A stretch of DNA of 64,000 nt from Gammaproteobacteria bacterium (GTDB lineage Bacteria; Pseudomonadota; Gammaproteobacteria; SZUA-140), in the NCBI GenBank assembly GCA_046754065.1, contig JBHHVB010000007.1:6881-70880 (forward strand). The letters run 5' to 3'. The position numbers and the translations under genes are program-made. The notes beneath the pieces were generated by a model. It saw only the letters and a list, made by a program, of their open reading frames with translations. It made no database searches and was not told where the DNA came from. This document shows, piece after piece, positions 1 through 12,078 of this stretch (its first letter is position 1; each line of letters starts with the position of its first letter).

Positions 1-770
1 AATAGGTCAATCCCGGATCGATGACGAGTGCTTCAGCCGTATCGTAGGCAGCGACAACAAAACTAACCTGATGCCCCTGAAGGTGATATTCACTTTCGAC
101 CATTTTCTTTTCGCCATTAACCACCTGATAGGTCATCGGCGCGCTTTGCTTCATTTCCCCCGCGCTGGTTTCAACAATCAGGTTACCATCAACATCCAGA
201 CGCATAGAATGTAATCCGCTGTAGGACAATTTGATATCCGCCGGATCCGCACCCGGTGAAATGATAAAATCATATTCCAGATGCCGATCTTTATCATAGT
301 ACTCCAGATCTATCCCGGGGTAGATATTTTCATACTGGACCCTGGCAAAGTGGGGAATATCTCGCTGCCAGTTCGCCGGATTCTTGCCCTTGAAATAATT
401 GCTGCGGCTTTTCAGTTTATCCAGGCCTTTGATAACCGGATTAGCACTGCTACCCGTGGTCTCCATCGCTATCACATCCCTCGTTCCCGATAATTCATAG
501 ACGGCACGATTATCAGTCAGAAACAATGTATAGGCTTTATCCCGAACCAGAAACCTGACTTCATCCAGTACCTGCCCCGCATTTTTCTCGAATCGTAATG
601 AGGTTGACGGAACCGATAACGCTGCAGTCCTTGAGCCTCGCGACGAGGAATTATTATTATCTAAATCCGAACGTACTTGAGAAGGATTCTGCAGCTGAAT
701 TCCCCATACCGTCGATAAAACGACCAAAATAAAAACAGACAGGATTGAGAGAATATTTTGAGACGGTTTC
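1..770 (-). CDS. Secreted beta-propeller (SBBP-type) repeat protein, N-terminal part (partial; continues past window start)
   Basis: Reverse translation from ATG at 768-770 gives MKPSQNILSILSVFILVVLSTVWG (signal peptide), then a LSVPSTSLRFEKNAGQVLDEVRFLVRDKAYTLFLTDNRAVYEL motif. This is the conserved N-terminal domain of SBBP/beta-propeller secreted proteins. No stop occurs before position 1. Confidence 0.55.
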
Positions 771-965
771 ATAACTTGTTACAAGTGAGCATCAATCTCT
801 TTTAAGGCAGAATATCCGGTTAGCGGAAAAAACGGCCGGGCACCATGAAAAAAACGCTAACATTTTACCCTATTTCATCCGATATGTCCTTGAATATCAG
901 AATTTTTATTTGTCAGATTGTTTTACAACTTTCGTTATTTTTGGCACAGTAAGCGCATTACGCCT

Positions 966-1721
966 ATGACAAAATTCCATTTAAATCAACTTAGATCATT
1001 AACGCTCTTCATTGGCCTGGCCTCTATTCTATCCGCACAAGCCAATGAAGCCGTTGTCATTAACAGCTTTTCTACCAAATATACATTTGTTGTTGATAAC
1101 ATGGACCTGGGATTCGTCACTCGCACCATGCGTTACAACTCTGATGGCAGCTACCGGTTTGAGTCCTTTTCCGAGGCAACCGGCATACTGTCCTTTTTTG
1201 TCAGCGACAAGATTCTGGAAAAAAGTATCGGCAAACATATCAAGGACTCCTTGCGACCTGATACATATGTCTATCAACGCAGCGAAGGGAAAAAGGACCG
1301 CCATGTCAAGTTGAGTTTCGACTGGGACAAAAACAGGGTAACCAACAAGATAAACGGGGATCTGTGGAACATGACCGTACCCACTGGCGCACTCGACAAG
1401 CTCATTTACCAGTACGTTATGATGCTTGATTTACAAAAAGGGCAAACAACACTGGAATACAAGATTGCCGACGGCGGCAGACTTAAAGACTATCAGTTTG
1501 ATCTTGTCGGAAAAGAAACCATTGATACACCGCTTGGCAGTTTTAAAACCGTTAAGTATAAACGCGTCAACGATAAACGCGGCACGGTGATATGGTTTGC
1601 CGAACGATTAAATTACCTACCGGTGCGTATTGAGCAGCAGGACAACGGTAACGACCTGAAAATGGTCGTAACCAGGGTTAAGGGACTAAAGGCGGATGCA
1701 AGGAAAAAGATACAAGATTAA
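966..1721 (+). CDS. DUF3108-family periplasmic protein
   Basis: ORF with signal peptide MTKFHLNQLRSLTLFIGLASILSAQA. The C-terminal VIWFAERLNYLPVRIEQQDNGNDLKMV resembles the DUF3108 signature. Start moved to ATG 966, which is in frame with the track ORF 918..1721. Confidence 0.55.
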   Translation: MTKFHLNQLRSLTLFIGLASILSAQANEAVVINSFSTKYTFVVDNMDLGFVTRTMRYNSDGSYRFESFSEATGILSFFVSDKILEKSIGKHIKDSLRPDTYVYQRSEGKKDRHVKLSFDWDKNRVTNKINGDLWNMTVPTGALDKLIYQYVMMLDLQKGQTTLEYKIADGGRLKDYQFDLVGKETIDTPLGSFKTVKYKRVNDKRGTVIWFAERLNYLPVRIEQQDNGNDLKMVVTRVKGLKADARKKIQD

Positions 1722-1800
1722 TGGTTGTGCTTTCCAGGCTAAACCAGTCACCTATCGGGAAAAACACAACGTATCGCCATCGAATACTAGAACAACAACC

Positions 1801-3492
1801 TCAGGCCTTCGGCAGCGTAACACCTGTCTGTCCCTGATATTTTCCATCTCGATCCTTGTATGAGGTCTCACAAACCTCATCAGATTCAAAAAACAATACC
1901 TGGGCAACACCCTCATTTGCATAAACCTTGGCGGGTAGTGGCGTTGTATTGGAAAACTCCAGGGTCACATAGCCTTCCCATTCAGGTTCGAAAGGGGTTA
2001 CATTCACGATTATACCGCAATTGTGGACAAACACACCGGCATCTAGTGCAAAATTTCCGGCTTCAGGTACAGTCAAACAATAAACATCATGGTCACCTGC
2101 TAATTCGCGAACACCAGCAACTTTATGGTTCCTTACCGAATTTCCTTTAAAAGAATGAATTACATCAGGGAAACGACGGAACACTGACCGATCACACCCA
2201 AGCAGTCTTGCAGCACCACGAATCGAACCCGTCTGATCAAGCGCTTCACGCACAACATTGGCTGTAATTCCTGGGCGAAGTCTAATTTGTCGTGCGATTT
2301 CAGCCTGACGATTACGTCTTGATCCATCATCGCTAGCCCATGCATCTTTCATTAATTGAGACTGACGTTTGCGTTCAGATGGATCAGAATAACGTCTCTG
2401 CATTGCCAGACGGTGAGCGTTACGAGTTTCATCAGATGGATTTCTTCGGTTTTCTAGGACAATATTGCGCTTTTCTTGATAACGCTCATCATGCCAAAAA
2501 TTAAGTGCTCTTTTTCGCTGCTCCTGAGAATATTGCTTCGCCCAATCAGGATCTTCAGCTAAACGTGCTAAGGCGTCTCGAATTGAAATACTATGCTCAG
2601 CAGGATCAAAGTCGCCACCATATGATAATTTATTATGGTGACGAATATGCTCTCCAGCCTCCATACGGATAATATTCCATGGCCTGTTATTAATCCTGTC
2701 ATGATCTATATGGTGCCTATGGGTACCTGGCTTATCCAGATATACTCCATGCCGCAAATTCCATTCATCAGCTAATCTATGCGTTGGGTACAAGTGACCA
2801 TTTAATGGTTGGTAAACCATTTCATATCCTCGGCAGGTCTGCTTATATAATGGCATAAGCGAGCTCTCAGGACGCAAAAAACGAGCTTCAAGCATGCGGC
2901 CATCACGCATCATGAATTGATGATCAGGCGTACAGTGTATAATTTGACCTGAATCCAAAGTGATCTCTAACAGACTATCTCTTCCGATATACCTAGGAGC
3001 ATCAAGATGAGTCACCATCAATTGGCCATATTGTCCAATGCTATAACCCCAAAACTGTTCACCTGTATCCGCACGCTTAGCCATTTCTTCCAAAGTCGGG
3101 GAGCTTCCATCGACTAGTGCGACGCGCGTATCACCGCGGAAACATCTCGCATAGGTTGATTTTCCGAGGCAGATCGTCAACACATTACGAGGTATACGAA
3201 AATATTCAACCGTTCGCGCCAATGCAAACGAGTTGGGCGGAATAATACAAACATCTGATTTGATATCAACGAAACTGTTTTCATCAAAACACTTGGGGTC
3301 CACTATCGCTGAATTGATATTGGTAAATATCTTGAAGTCATCGGCACAACGAATATCATATCCATAGCTTGATGTGCCATAAGATACAATACGACCGTCA
3401 CCGTTATCCCGAACCTGACCCGCTTCGAACGGTTCAATCATGCCATGTTCCTGCGCCATTCGGCGAATCCATTTATCCGATTTAATTGACAT
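1801..3492 (-). CDS. dcd: dCTP deaminase precursor containing an intein (exteins 3145-3492 and 1801-2019)
   Basis: N-extein [22 protein letters not shown]...[11 protein letters not shown] and C-extein [40 protein letters not shown]...[14 protein letters not shown] are nearly identical to Pseudomonas-type Dcd (188 aa). They are separated here by a 375-aa insertion. Confidence 0.9.
   Translation of the reverse strand: MSIKSDKWIRRMAQEHGMIEPFEAGQVRDNGDGRIVSYGTSSYGYDIRCADDFKIFTNINSAIVDPKCFDENSFVDIKSDVCIIPPNSFALARTVEYFRIPRNVLTICLGKSTYARCFRGDTRVALVDGSSPTLEEMAKRADTGEQFWGYSIGQYGQLMVTHLDAPRYIGRDSLLEITLDSGQIIHCTPDHQFMMRDGRMLEARFLRPESSLMPLYKQTCRGYEMVYQPLNGHLYPTHRLADEWNLRHGVYLDKPGTHRHHIDHDRINNRPWNIIRMEAGEHIRHHNKLSYGGDFDPAEHSISIRDALARLAEDPDWAKQYSQEQRKRALNFWHDERYQEKRNIVLENRRNPSDETRNAHRLAMQRRYSDPSERKRQSQLMKDAWASDDGSRRNRQAEIARQIRLRPGITANVVREALDQTGSIRGAARLLGCDRSVFRRFPDVIHSFKGNSVRNHKVAGVRELAGDHDVYCLTVPEAGNFALDAGVFVHNCGIIVNVTPFEPEWEGYVTLEFSNTTPLPAKVYANEGVAQVLFFESDEVCETSYKDRDGKYQGQTGVTLPKA
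2020..3144 (-). other. Intein (375 aa) with embedded HNH homing endonuclease inside dcd
   Basis: Insertion begins with Cys ([14 protein letters not shown], intein block A) and has a TPDH block B. It ends with block [25 protein letters not shown] followed by +1 Cys (CGIIVN). The internal HNH motif is [31 protein letters not shown]. Boundaries were mapped codon-by-codon on the minus strand. Confidence 0.85.
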
Positions 3493-3508
3493 ACTGGTCC
3501 CTGATCAT

Positions 3509-4597
3509 TTATGTATTTTGAATAACAATATTGGGAAACTTCGCGCTATAGTCTTTGGCCTGTACTGCCAAACGCGCAGATACCTGTCTGGCGATTTCCC
3601 GATAGATGTTTGCAATATGGCCTTCCGGCTCGGTGACAACGCTGGGCTTGCCACCATCAGCATCCTCACGGATACGAATGTCGAGTGGCAGTGATCCCAA
3701 CAGATCGACACCATACTGCTCAGACATCTGTCGCCCCCCGCCCTCGCCGAAAATATGCTCCTCATGCCCGCATCGGCTACAAACATGCGTGCTCATATTC
3801 TCAATTACACCCAGTACTGGTACCTCTACCTTTTCAAACATCTTTAACGCCTTGCGCGCATCGAGCAACGCAATATCCTGCGGCGTAGTCACGATGACAG
3901 CACCACTGACGGGTATTTTCTGTGCCAGCGTTAATTGGGTATCACCCGTACCGGGTGGCAGATCAATAACCAGATAGTCCAGGTCTTTCCAGTTTGTATC
4001 ATTTAGCAGCTGTTCCAGCGCAGTCGTCACCATCGGTCCACGCCAGATCATCGGGGTTTCTTCATCAATCAGATATCCGATCGACATCGACTGCAACCCA
4101 TAATTAGTAACAGGTTCCATCGATTTGCCATCGATAGTCTCGGGTTTTTGATCCATACCCAACATGCGCGGTTGACTGGGTCCATATATGTCTGCGTCAA
4201 GAATGCCAGTCTTGGCACCCTCTGCAGCCAGGGCTAAAGCAAGATTTATCGCCGTCGTGGATTTCCCGACCCCGCCTTTACCCGAGGCAACAGCAATGAT
4301 GTTCTTGATATCAGGCATCGGCTTAATGCCTTTTTGTACCGCGTGCGCGACAATATTGGTTGTAACCTTAACGTCAACATCATGAACGCCATCAATAGCT
4401 GATAAACGACGGCAGATCTCTTCCGAGAGCTTAGGGATATAACCGGCGGCCGGAAATCCCAACTGCACAACGACGTTAACCCTGCCGTCATCACCACTTA
4501 ATTCCTTGATAACGCCCGCAGTTATCAAATCACTGCCCATATACGGGTCTTTATATTCTTTTAACGCAACCTCAAGTTGCAAATCTGAATTGGCCAC
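3509..4597 (-). CDS. apbC: Fe-S cluster carrier ATPase Mrp/ApbC
   Basis: P-loop IIAVASGKGGVGKSTTAINLALALA and an N-terminal DUF59-like ALKEYKDPYMGSDLITAGVIKEL. Start reassigned to in-frame GTG at 4597 with AGGTGA SD, giving VANSDLQLEVAL.... This yields 362 aa, typical for Mrp. The track ORF started at a distant alternative codon. Divergent from metG as in E. coli. Confidence 0.85.
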   Translation of the reverse strand: MANSDLQLEVALKEYKDPYMGSDLITAGVIKELSGDDGRVNVVVQLGFPAAGYIPKLSEEICRRLSAIDGVHDVDVKVTTNIVAHAVQKGIKPMPDIKNIIAVASGKGGVGKSTTAINLALALAAEGAKTGILDADIYGPSQPRMLGMDQKPETIDGKSMEPVTNYGLQSMSIGYLIDEETPMIWRGPMVTTALEQLLNDTNWKDLDYLVIDLPPGTGDTQLTLAQKIPVSGAVIVTTPQDIALLDARKALKMFEKVEVPVLGVIENMSTHVCSRCGHEEHIFGEGGGRQMSEQYGVDLLGSLPLDIRIREDADGGKPSVVTEPEGHIANIYREIARQVSARLAVQAKDYSAKFPNIVIQNT

Positions 4598-4781
4598 ATA
4601 TTCACCTAAATATTTTGTCTTGGTACCGAATACCCAAACCAGGCTGGGCAAAAGCGGCATTCTACACCAAATTCCCGCCAACATAACAGGCCAACCTGGC
4701 AATGGACTATTTATATACAACCCCTAATTGCATTATAATGGAGCGTTTAACATTAGAATTAACAAGGAATTAGACGTCTCG

Positions 4782-6860
4782 GTGAAAAACACGCAGCAAA
4801 ATGGGAAACGGCAGATACTTGTCACCAGCGCATTACCGTATGCCAATGGATCGATTCACCTTGGCCATCTGGTGGAATATATACAAAGTGACATCTGGGT
4901 ACGTTTTCAGAAAATGCTTGGCAACACCTGTTTCCATGTTTGCGCCGATGACACACATGGCACCCCAATTATGCTTCGTGCAGAACAGGAAGGCATTACA
5001 CCAGAACAACTGATTGAAAAATCACACGCGGAACATTTAAAGGATTTTACAGACTTTCATATTGAATTTGACAACTACTATTCGACAAACTCTGAAGAGA
5101 ACAAGAAGCTATCACAGGGTATTTATAACAGGCTTAATGATGCCGGGCTGATTGAAACGCGCACTATCGAGCAATTCTATGATCCTGATAGATCCATGTT
5201 TCTCCCTGATCGCTTCATCAAGGGTCAGTGCCCAAAATGCAAAGCCGAGGATCAATATGGAGATGGATGCGAGGTCTGTGGTACGACGTATTCCCCAACA
5301 GATCTGTTAAATCCGGTATCAACCGTATCGGGAGCGACACCGGTTACGAAGGAATCCGATCACTATTTTTTCAAGCTTGGGCAATGTGAATCCTTTCTGA
5401 GAGGGTGGCTCGAAGGCGGTAACGGTGAATCACCCTTGCAAGCCGAAGCAGCCAATAAACTTTCCGAATGGTTTGAAGCGGGATTGAAAGACTGGGATAT
5501 CTCTCGAGATGCGCCCTATTTTGGATTTGAAATACCCGATGCGCCTGGAAAATACCTGTATGTCTGGCTGGATGCACCCATCGGCTACATGGCGAGCTTC
5601 AGGAATCTCTGCGACAAGCAAGGACTGGACTTTGATGCCTTCTGGAGCCCGGATAGCGAAAATGAACTTTACCATTTCATTGGCAAGGATATTCTTTATT
5701 TCCACGCCTTGTTCTGGCCAGCCACACTTCATTTTGCCGATTATCGAACACCAGACAAAATATTTGTTCACGGGTTCCTGACCATCAACGGTCAAAAGAT
5801 GTCCAAATCACGGGGCACCTTCATTACAGCCAGAAGCTATCTCAATCATCTGGATGCAGAATACCTTCGCTATTACTTTGCCGCCAAACTAACGGACCGG
5901 CTAGAAGATATAGACCTGAATCTCGACGACTATGTCGCTCGGGTAAACAGCAATGTCGTTGGAAAATATATCAATATAGCAAGTCGTACCTCGGGTTTTC
6001 TCAAAAAGTTTTTTGATGGCAAACTTTGTGACCATCTTGATAGCGAACACCTTGACCTTGTCAAACGGGTTCAAGGCCATAACAGCAATCTTGCGGAACT
6101 TTATGAACAAAGAAAATTCAGCGAGACGATTCGAGAGATTATGAATCTGGCAGATATGGCCAATGAATATATTAACCATCACAAACCCTGGGAAATTGCC
6201 AAACAAGCGGATGGAAAGGCGACCCTCCATCAGGTTTGCACAACCTGCATCAATATTTTCCGATTATTAACGCTTTATTTAAAACCGGTACTCCCGGTAT
6301 TGGCAAACAAGGTTGAAAAGTTTTTAAACATTTCCCCGTTAGAGTGGCAAGACTCAAAGTCCTTGTTATTGGGACATGCCATTAATCCCTATAAACATCT
6401 TGCTCAACGAATTGATGAAAAACAGATCGAAACCATGTTAAGCGAAAATCAAACCCCAATTGAAACCAATCCTGCTCCCAATTCACCTGCTCGCCACGGA
6501 GAAGCGCAACAGCAAAGCATTGATCCTATAGCGGAGACAATTCTGTTTGATGATTTCGCAAAGATCGATTTACGGGTCGCCAGAATTGAGAATGCTGAAT
6601 TTGTGGAAGGCGCAGACAAACTACTCAGACTTACGCTGGATATAGGCGATGGTACACGTAATGTGTTTGCGGGGATCAAGTCCAGGTATTCACCCGACGA
6701 ACTGCAGGGCAAATTAACGGTGATGGTCGCCAATCTTGCGCCGCGCAAAATGCGCTTTGGCATCTCGGAAGGCATGGTTCTCGCGGCCGGACCGGGAGGC
6801 AAGGACCTTTGGATTCTGCATCCGGACGAAGGCGCAAAACCCGGCATGCGGATTAAATAA
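4782..6860 (+). CDS. metG: Methionine--tRNA ligase
   Basis: Collinear with E. coli MetG over the full length ([24 protein letters not shown] motif as QKMSKSRG, C-terminal EMAP/tRNA-binding domain [15 protein letters not shown]). Start placed at in-frame GTG 4782 with AAGGA upstream. The track start at 4728 is TTG. A TATAAT lies at 4734-4739. Confidence 0.9.
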   Translation: MKNTQQNGKRQILVTSALPYANGSIHLGHLVEYIQSDIWVRFQKMLGNTCFHVCADDTHGTPIMLRAEQEGITPEQLIEKSHAEHLKDFTDFHIEFDNYYSTNSEENKKLSQGIYNRLNDAGLIETRTIEQFYDPDRSMFLPDRFIKGQCPKCKAEDQYGDGCEVCGTTYSPTDLLNPVSTVSGATPVTKESDHYFFKLGQCESFLRGWLEGGNGESPLQAEAANKLSEWFEAGLKDWDISRDAPYFGFEIPDAPGKYLYVWLDAPIGYMASFRNLCDKQGLDFDAFWSPDSENELYHFIGKDILYFHALFWPATLHFADYRTPDKIFVHGFLTINGQKMSKSRGTFITARSYLNHLDAEYLRYYFAAKLTDRLEDIDLNLDDYVARVNSNVVGKYINIASRTSGFLKKFFDGKLCDHLDSEHLDLVKRVQGHNSNLAELYEQRKFSETIREIMNLADMANEYINHHKPWEIAKQADGKATLHQVCTTCINIFRLLTLYLKPVLPVLANKVEKFLNISPLEWQDSKSLLLGHAINPYKHLAQRIDEKQIETMLSENQTPIETNPAPNSPARHGEAQQQSIDPIAETILFDDFAKIDLRVARIENAEFVEGADKLLRLTLDIGDGTRNVFAGIKSRYSPDELQGKLTVMVANLAPRKMRFGISEGMVLAAGPGGKDLWILHPDEGAKPGMRIK

Positions 6861-6953
6861 GGACGATTCTGTACTGTAAATGATCTACGTTAAGCATTAC
6901 ACAAGCTGTAGACATTATAGTGATTGCTCGACTGATTCAACGCCATTTTAATT

Positions 6954-7535
6954 ATGAAAGAATATATACTTATCCTTGTCAGTACCGTATTGGTCAATAA
7001 CCTTGTTCTGACCAAATTCCTCGGTCTGTGTCCGTTTATGGGCGTTTCAAAAAAGCTTGAAACGGCTACCGGCATGGCGCTGGCAACAACGTTTGTGTTG
7101 ACACTGTCCTCGATTTCCAGCTACCTGGCAAACACCTACCTGTTGGCACCATTGGGACTGGAATACTTAAGAACCATCACCTTTATCCTGGTAATCGCGG
7201 TTGTTGTGCAGTTCACCGAAATGGTTGTACACAAGACCAGTCCTTTGCTTTACCAGGTCCTGGGCATATTTTTACCATTGATTACCACCAATTGTGCCGT
7301 TTTAGGTGTCGCGTTACTTAACGTACAGCAAGAGCATGGGTTTCTTCATTCCGCATTTTATGGCTTTGGAGCCTCGATTGGCTTTTCGTTAGTGCTGATT
7401 TTATTCGCGGCCATGCGGGAACGCATCACCGTCGCCGACGTACCTGTTGCGTTCCGGGGACCCGCCATTGCATTAGTCACCGCGGGTTTAATGTCACTGG
7501 CATTTATGGGATTCTCCGGTCTGGTCAGGGGATAA
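6954..7535 (+). CDS. rnfA: Rnf electron transport complex subunit A
   Basis: [32 protein letters not shown]... matches RnfA/RsxA. First gene of the conserved rnfABCDGE order. Confidence 0.93.
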   Translation: MKEYILILVSTVLVNNLVLTKFLGLCPFMGVSKKLETATGMALATTFVLTLSSISSYLANTYLLAPLGLEYLRTITFILVIAVVVQFTEMVVHKTSPLLYQVLGIFLPLITTNCAVLGVALLNVQQEHGFLHSAFYGFGASIGFSLVLILFAAMRERITVADVPVAFRGPAIALVTAGLMSLAFMGFSGLVRG

Positions 7536-7541
7536 CCTTAG

Positions 7542-8093
7542 ATGATCACAGCTATTATCGCATTGACAGCGCTCGCCCTTGTTTTCGGCCTGATTCTGGG
7601 ATTTTCGGCCATACGATTCAAGGTTGAAGGCGATCCTTTGGTCGAGAAAATTGATTCGGTATTACCTCAAACTCAATGCGGCCAATGTGGCTACCCCGGC
7701 TGCCGTCCTTACGCAACCGCCATTGCCAATGATGAAGCAGACATTAACCAGTGCCCCCCGGGTGGAGAGGTAACGATCCATGCGTTAGCCGATTTGCTGG
7801 ACCGCGATCCCAAGCCCCTCAATCCTGAAAACGGCGAGATCAAACCCAAAATGGTCGCTATCATTGATGAACCGGTCTGCATTGGCTGCACACTATGCAT
7901 CCAGGCCTGCCCGGTTGATGCCATTCTTGGTGCAGCCAAACAAATGCACACCGTTATTGAAAAGGAGTGCACCGGTTGCGAATTGTGTGTCGCACCATGC
8001 CCGGTAGACTGCATCGAAATGATCCCGATTAAAACCGACATTCTGACCTGGAAATGGCCGTATCCCGATCAACAAAAAGAGGTACGGGCATGA
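7542..8093 (+). CDS. rnfB: Rnf complex subunit B (Fe-S ferredoxin)
   Basis: [13 protein letters not shown] plus two 4Fe-4S ferredoxin motifs ([24 protein letters not shown]). Collinear with E. coli RsxB. Confidence 0.93.
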   Translation: MITAIIALTALALVFGLILGFSAIRFKVEGDPLVEKIDSVLPQTQCGQCGYPGCRPYATAIANDEADINQCPPGGEVTIHALADLLDRDPKPLNPENGEIKPKMVAIIDEPVCIGCTLCIQACPVDAILGAAKQMHTVIEKECTGCELCVAPCPVDCIEMIPIKTDILTWKWPYPDQQKEVRA

Positions 8094-9667
8094 GTCTCGC
8101 GCAGTCCAAATCAGGGAAAAGGCGTCTTTGGTCATTCAATGGCGGAATACACCCGGTGCAAAACAAGGAGTTTTCGAATCAGACTCCATGCATGCCTGCG
8201 TCATTACCAACAGTACTTAAGTTGCCATTACACCAGCATATCGGTGCACCTGCGATATCAATAGTGAACATTGGCGACGATGTTTTAAAGGGACAAATGA
8301 TTGCGAAGGCCAAGGGCTATGTCAGTGCGCCGGTTCACGCCCCCACGTCGGGCAAGGTTATCGACATTGGAAATTACCCAATCCCTCATCCTTCCGGACT
8401 CGATGCCCCCTGTATCGTGATTAAACCCGATGGCAAGGACAAATGGGGAAACAGGCCCAGCGTTGATCATTACGAAGATATTGATCCGAGTTCATTGCGC
8501 AACATCATTCGTGACGCAGGCATTGTCGGCCTGGGCGGGGCCGGTTTCCCCTCGTTTATCAAACTTAATCCTGGCCCGGGGAAGGTAGTCGACACACTAA
8601 TTCTAAATGGCGTCGAATGCGAACCCTATATAACCTGTGATGATCGCCTCATGCAGGAAAGAGCAGACGAAATCATCGGTGGCGCAAAAATTATTCAGCA
8701 TGCTATTAAGGCCAGGCAATGTGTCATCGCAATTGAGGATAACAAACCACAGGCCTTTAAAACAATGTGCATGACCGCTGAAGACGAGGCTGGCATTGAT
8801 GTCGTACAAGTACCTACCTGCTATCCTCAAGGTAGTGAAAAACAACTGATACAGGTGATCACTGGCAAAGAGGTACCTCGAAATGGACTGGCTATCCATG
8901 TTGGCGTTGTATGCCAGAATGTTGGCACCGCAGCCGCTGTCTATCGTGCCATTGAGCACGGAGAACCCCTCATCTCCAGATTCGTCACCATTACCGGCAG
9001 TGGTGTTAAACGGCCCGGAAATATGGAAGTACTCATTGGAACACCCATCAACGAACTCATTAACCAGTGCAATGGTGACATTTCGTCAATTACACGCCTC
9101 GTAATGGGTGGCCCCATGATGGGATTCGCACTCAAAAACATCGATATACCTGTTATAAAAACGACCAACTGCATTCTTGCAGCGACAAAGGACGACCTGC
9201 CCCCGTATCAGCCCGAAATGCCTTGCATACGCTGCGGATCCTGTACTGAGGTTTGTCCGGTTAGCCTGTTACCTCAGCAATTGTACTGGTATGCAAAAAA
9301 CAGGGAGCTGGACAAGGCACAGGACCATCACCTGTTCGACTGCATTGAATGCGGATGCTGTTCCTTCGTTTGCCCTAGCCACATTCCACTAGTACAGTAT
9401 TATCGATACGCCAAGGGTGAAATCTGGATCCAGGAACGTGAAAAGGAAAAGTCCGATATCGCAAGACTACGTCACGATTTCAGACAACAAAGAATCGAGC
9501 GCGAAAAATCTGAACGAGATGCCAAACGAAAAATGAAAAAGGCTGCGGTCAGTAAAAATAGTCCTGACAATTCCAATAAAGCGGAAATTCAGGCTGCCCT
9601 GGACAGAACAAAGGAAAAAAAACAGGCCCTGCAAAACACAGATAATGAAAGTTCTGAACAAACATAG
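8090..9667 (+). CDS. rnfC: Rnf complex subunit C
   Basis: NADH/FMN-binding RnfC domains with 4Fe-4S motifs [12 protein letters not shown] and [15 protein letters not shown] 8090 overlaps the rnfB stop (ATGA), so start set there rather than at the upstream track start. Confidence 0.9.
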   Translation: MSLAQSKSGKRRLWSFNGGIHPVQNKEFSNQTPCMPASLPTVLKLPLHQHIGAPAISIVNIGDDVLKGQMIAKAKGYVSAPVHAPTSGKVIDIGNYPIPHPSGLDAPCIVIKPDGKDKWGNRPSVDHYEDIDPSSLRNIIRDAGIVGLGGAGFPSFIKLNPGPGKVVDTLILNGVECEPYITCDDRLMQERADEIIGGAKIIQHAIKARQCVIAIEDNKPQAFKTMCMTAEDEAGIDVVQVPTCYPQGSEKQLIQVITGKEVPRNGLAIHVGVVCQNVGTAAAVYRAIEHGEPLISRFVTITGSGVKRPGNMEVLIGTPINELINQCNGDISSITRLVMGGPMMGFALKNIDIPVIKTTNCILAATKDDLPPYQPEMPCIRCGSCTEVCPVSLLPQQLYWYAKNRELDKAQDHHLFDCIECGCCSFVCPSHIPLVQYYRYAKGEIWIQEREKEKSDIARLRHDFRQQRIEREKSERDAKRKMKKAAVSKNSPDNSNKAEIQAALDRTKEKKQALQNTDNESSEQT

Positions 9668-9679
9668 ACCGAATTATAG

Positions 9680-10762
9680 ATGACATTTTTCACGCCAAGC
9701 TCGCCACATATCCAGCGACCCGAATCTGTGACAACGGTAATGTTGAGGGTCATCTATGCGTTGACTCCCGGTATTGCCGCCTATGTATGGTATTTCGGCT
9801 GGGGCATTGTGATAAACATTTTGCTTGCCTGCATCGTTGCATTAATTTGTGAATCTAGCGTTTTAACTTTAAGACGCAAACCGGTTTTGCCATTTCTGAC
9901 CGATGGAAGCGCGATTGTTACCGCAATGTTATTAGCCCTGGCACTACCGCCGCTCTCGCCCTGGTGGCTGGTCACAATTGGCGTTGCATTCGCAATCATC
10001 ATCGCAAAACATCTCTATGGTGGACTGGGTTATAATCCATTTAATCCCGCAATGATCGGTTATGTAGTCTTACTTGTATCATTTCCACTGGAAATGACCA
10101 ACTGGATCGCACCGCAAATTCATCATGAATTTGACCTGGGGTTTCTCGATTCTGTTATTTTCGTGCTCACCAACCAGTTACCCGCTAACATCAGCTTTGA
10201 CGCGCTTAGTGAGGCAACTCCTCTTGATGCACTAAAAACAAATATTGGCCTGGGTAATACCGTTGAGGAAATTCGGGCGCAGTTAGGTATGAGCGCAGAG
10301 ATCAGCGAGTTACTGAGCATCACTCCTATTTTTGGAAAAATCGGTGGCATTGGGTGGGAATGGGTTAGTGGTGGCTTTCTGCTGGGTGGCTTGTGGCTTT
10401 TGTACAAAAGGGTCATTCAGTGGCAAATACCGATTTCAATGCTTGGTGCGCTCAGCCTGATTTCGCTGATATTTTTCATAATAAACCCTGATCAATACGC
10501 TTCACCCATTTTTCATCTTTTTAGTGGGGCGGCGATACTTGGCGCTTTTTTTATCGCAACCGACCCGGTTACTGCAGCGACTTCACCACCGGCAAGGATT
10601 ATTTATGGGGCCGGTATTGGTGTACTGACCTACGTTATCAGGACATGGGGCGGTTATCCTGATGGTATTGCATTTGCCGTATTGCTTATGAACATGACTT
10701 CTCCAACGCTCGATTATTATTTCAGGCCGAGAGTTTTTGGCCATGACCGTAGAGAGGAATAG
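9680..10762 (+). CDS. rnfD: Rnf complex subunit D
   Basis: PWWLVTIGVAFAIIIAKHLYGGLGYNPFNPAMIGYVVLLVSFP is nearly identical to the RsxD core. Confidence 0.92.
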   Translation: MTFFTPSSPHIQRPESVTTVMLRVIYALTPGIAAYVWYFGWGIVINILLACIVALICESSVLTLRRKPVLPFLTDGSAIVTAMLLALALPPLSPWWLVTIGVAFAIIIAKHLYGGLGYNPFNPAMIGYVVLLVSFPLEMTNWIAPQIHHEFDLGFLDSVIFVLTNQLPANISFDALSEATPLDALKTNIGLGNTVEEIRAQLGMSAEISELLSITPIFGKIGGIGWEWVSGGFLLGGLWLLYKRVIQWQIPISMLGALSLISLIFFIINPDQYASPIFHLFSGAAILGAFFIATDPVTAATSPPARIIYGAGIGVLTYVIRTWGGYPDGIAFAVLLMNMTSPTLDYYFRPRVFGHDRREE

Positions 10763-10763
10763 T

Positions 10764-11393
10764 ATGTTTCGCCACATGTTAATGACTGGCATACTGCTGG
10801 GTATTTTTGCGATAGTCGGCACCGGTATTGTGGCACTGACATTCGATAATACCAAAGAGAGAATCGCGAAAAACGAGCATGAGGCCTTGCTGAAAAGCCT
10901 GCAGGAACTTGTACCGCAACAACTTTATAATAACGACATTACCAGGGATAAAATATCGGTTTCAGCCAAAGAATTATTGGGAACCGATAAACCGGTAACC
11001 ATCTATCGGGCGCGGCTCAACCGCATACCTGTCGCTGCGATCATCTCCCCTGTTGCACCCGATGGGTATAACGGCCCGATGAAATTACTTGTAGCCATTC
11101 AATATGATGGTAATCTGATGGGAGTACGGGTTGTGTCACACAGGGAAACCCCTGGCCTGGGCGACAAGGTCGATTACGAACGCTCAAACTGGGTTGACGG
11201 ATTTAAGGGCTATTCCATTAAAAAAACCGCAAACCTGGGATGGAATGTAAAAAAAGATGGCGGCATCTTTGACCAGTTTACCGGTGCGACAATCACCCCA
11301 CGGGCAGTCGTCAAGGCAGTATATAATAGCCTGAAATTTTATCACTTGAATAGAAATCGAATTTTTAACACACGAGCAAGTATTAATGACTAG
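10764..11393 (+). CDS. rnfG: Rnf complex subunit G (FMN-binding)
   Basis: Start moved to ATG 10764, which has a strong AGAGAGGA SD 5 nt upstream. N-terminal TM followed by an FMN-binding domain. Confidence 0.85.
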   Translation: MFRHMLMTGILLGIFAIVGTGIVALTFDNTKERIAKNEHEALLKSLQELVPQQLYNNDITRDKISVSAKELLGTDKPVTIYRARLNRIPVAAIISPVAPDGYNGPMKLLVAIQYDGNLMGVRVVSHRETPGLGDKVDYERSNWVDGFKGYSIKKTANLGWNVKKDGGIFDQFTGATITPRAVVKAVYNSLKFYHLNRNRIFNTRASIND

Positions 11394-12078
11394 TCAAAAC
11401 TTCAGACGAATAACTCAGGACGGGCTTTGGAGTAACAACCCCGCGCTAGTGCAAATACTGGGGTTATGTCCATTACTTGCCGTCACCAATTCAGTGGTTA
11501 ACGGCTTGGGTTTAGGGCTGGCAACCATGTTAACGCTGATTCTATCAAACGTTATCGTATCAATGATACGGCATTCCGTTCGACCAGAAATCCGCATCCC
11601 GGTATTTGTTCTGGTTATCGCTTCAATTGTGACGGCTATTGAGTTGGCTATAAATGCCTATTTTCACGAGTTATATAAAATCCTCGGAATCTTCATTCCA
11701 TTGATTGTAACCAACTGTTCCATCATCGCACGCGCTGAAGCATTTGCCTCCAAAAATCCTGTACTCCCGTCGTTTGTAGACGGATTCATGATGGGATTGG
11801 GATTCTTGCTGGTTCTGGTTGTACTCGGTTCTATTCGTGAAGTACTCGGGCAAGGTACACTCTTCTCCCAGGCGCACTTGATGTTTGGCGCCTCTGCTGA
11901 CTGGTTAACCATTACCGTTATCAGTGACTACAAGGGGTTTCTGTTAGCGATTCTTCCACCGGGTGCCTTTATCGGATTAGGTTTCATCATCGCTGGCAAG
12001 AATATTATTGATAACAGAAAACAAAAAAAAGTAATGGTATCCAGTTCTGCGCTGGCACATGTCGAAACACCCGACTAG
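11386..12078 (+). CDS. rnfE: Rnf complex subunit E
   Basis: [39 protein letters not shown] is collinear with E. coli RsxE. The stop codon TAG (12076-12078) lies inside the left inverted repeat of the adjacent MITE-like element. Confidence 0.92.
   Translation: MTSQNFRRITQDGLWSNNPALVQILGLCPLLAVTNSVVNGLGLGLATMLTLILSNVIVSMIRHSVRPEIRIPVFVLVIASIVTAIELAINAYFHELYKILGIFIPLIVTNCSIIARAEAFASKNPVLPSFVDGFMMGLGFLLVLVVLGSIREVLGQGTLFSQAHLMFGASADWLTITVISDYKGFLLAILPPGAFIGLGFIIAGKNIIDNRKQKKVMVSSSALAHVETPD

Noticed and set aside
1012-1314. Overlapping ORFs (1012..1314 plus strand, 1029..1304 minus strand) inside the DUF3108 gene
   Set aside because: They lie in alternative frames, or antisense, within a well-supported CDS. 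They have no motifs or RBS and a biased (Ala/Arg/Pro-rich) composition typical of out-of-frame translation.
3505-4497. Several 60-120 aa ORFs (3505..3786, 3606..3977, 3685..3888, 4188..4385, 4246..4497) overlapping mrp
   Set aside because: All are embedded in the Mrp/ApbC coding region in other frames. Mrp is unambiguous (P-loop, collinearity), so these are frame-shadow ORFs.
4506-4727. 73-aa plus-strand ORF in the mrp-metG divergent region
   Set aside because: It overlaps the reassigned mrp 5' end antisense and the promoter region. It has no RBS and no recognisable motif. It is more likely non-coding divergent-promoter DNA.
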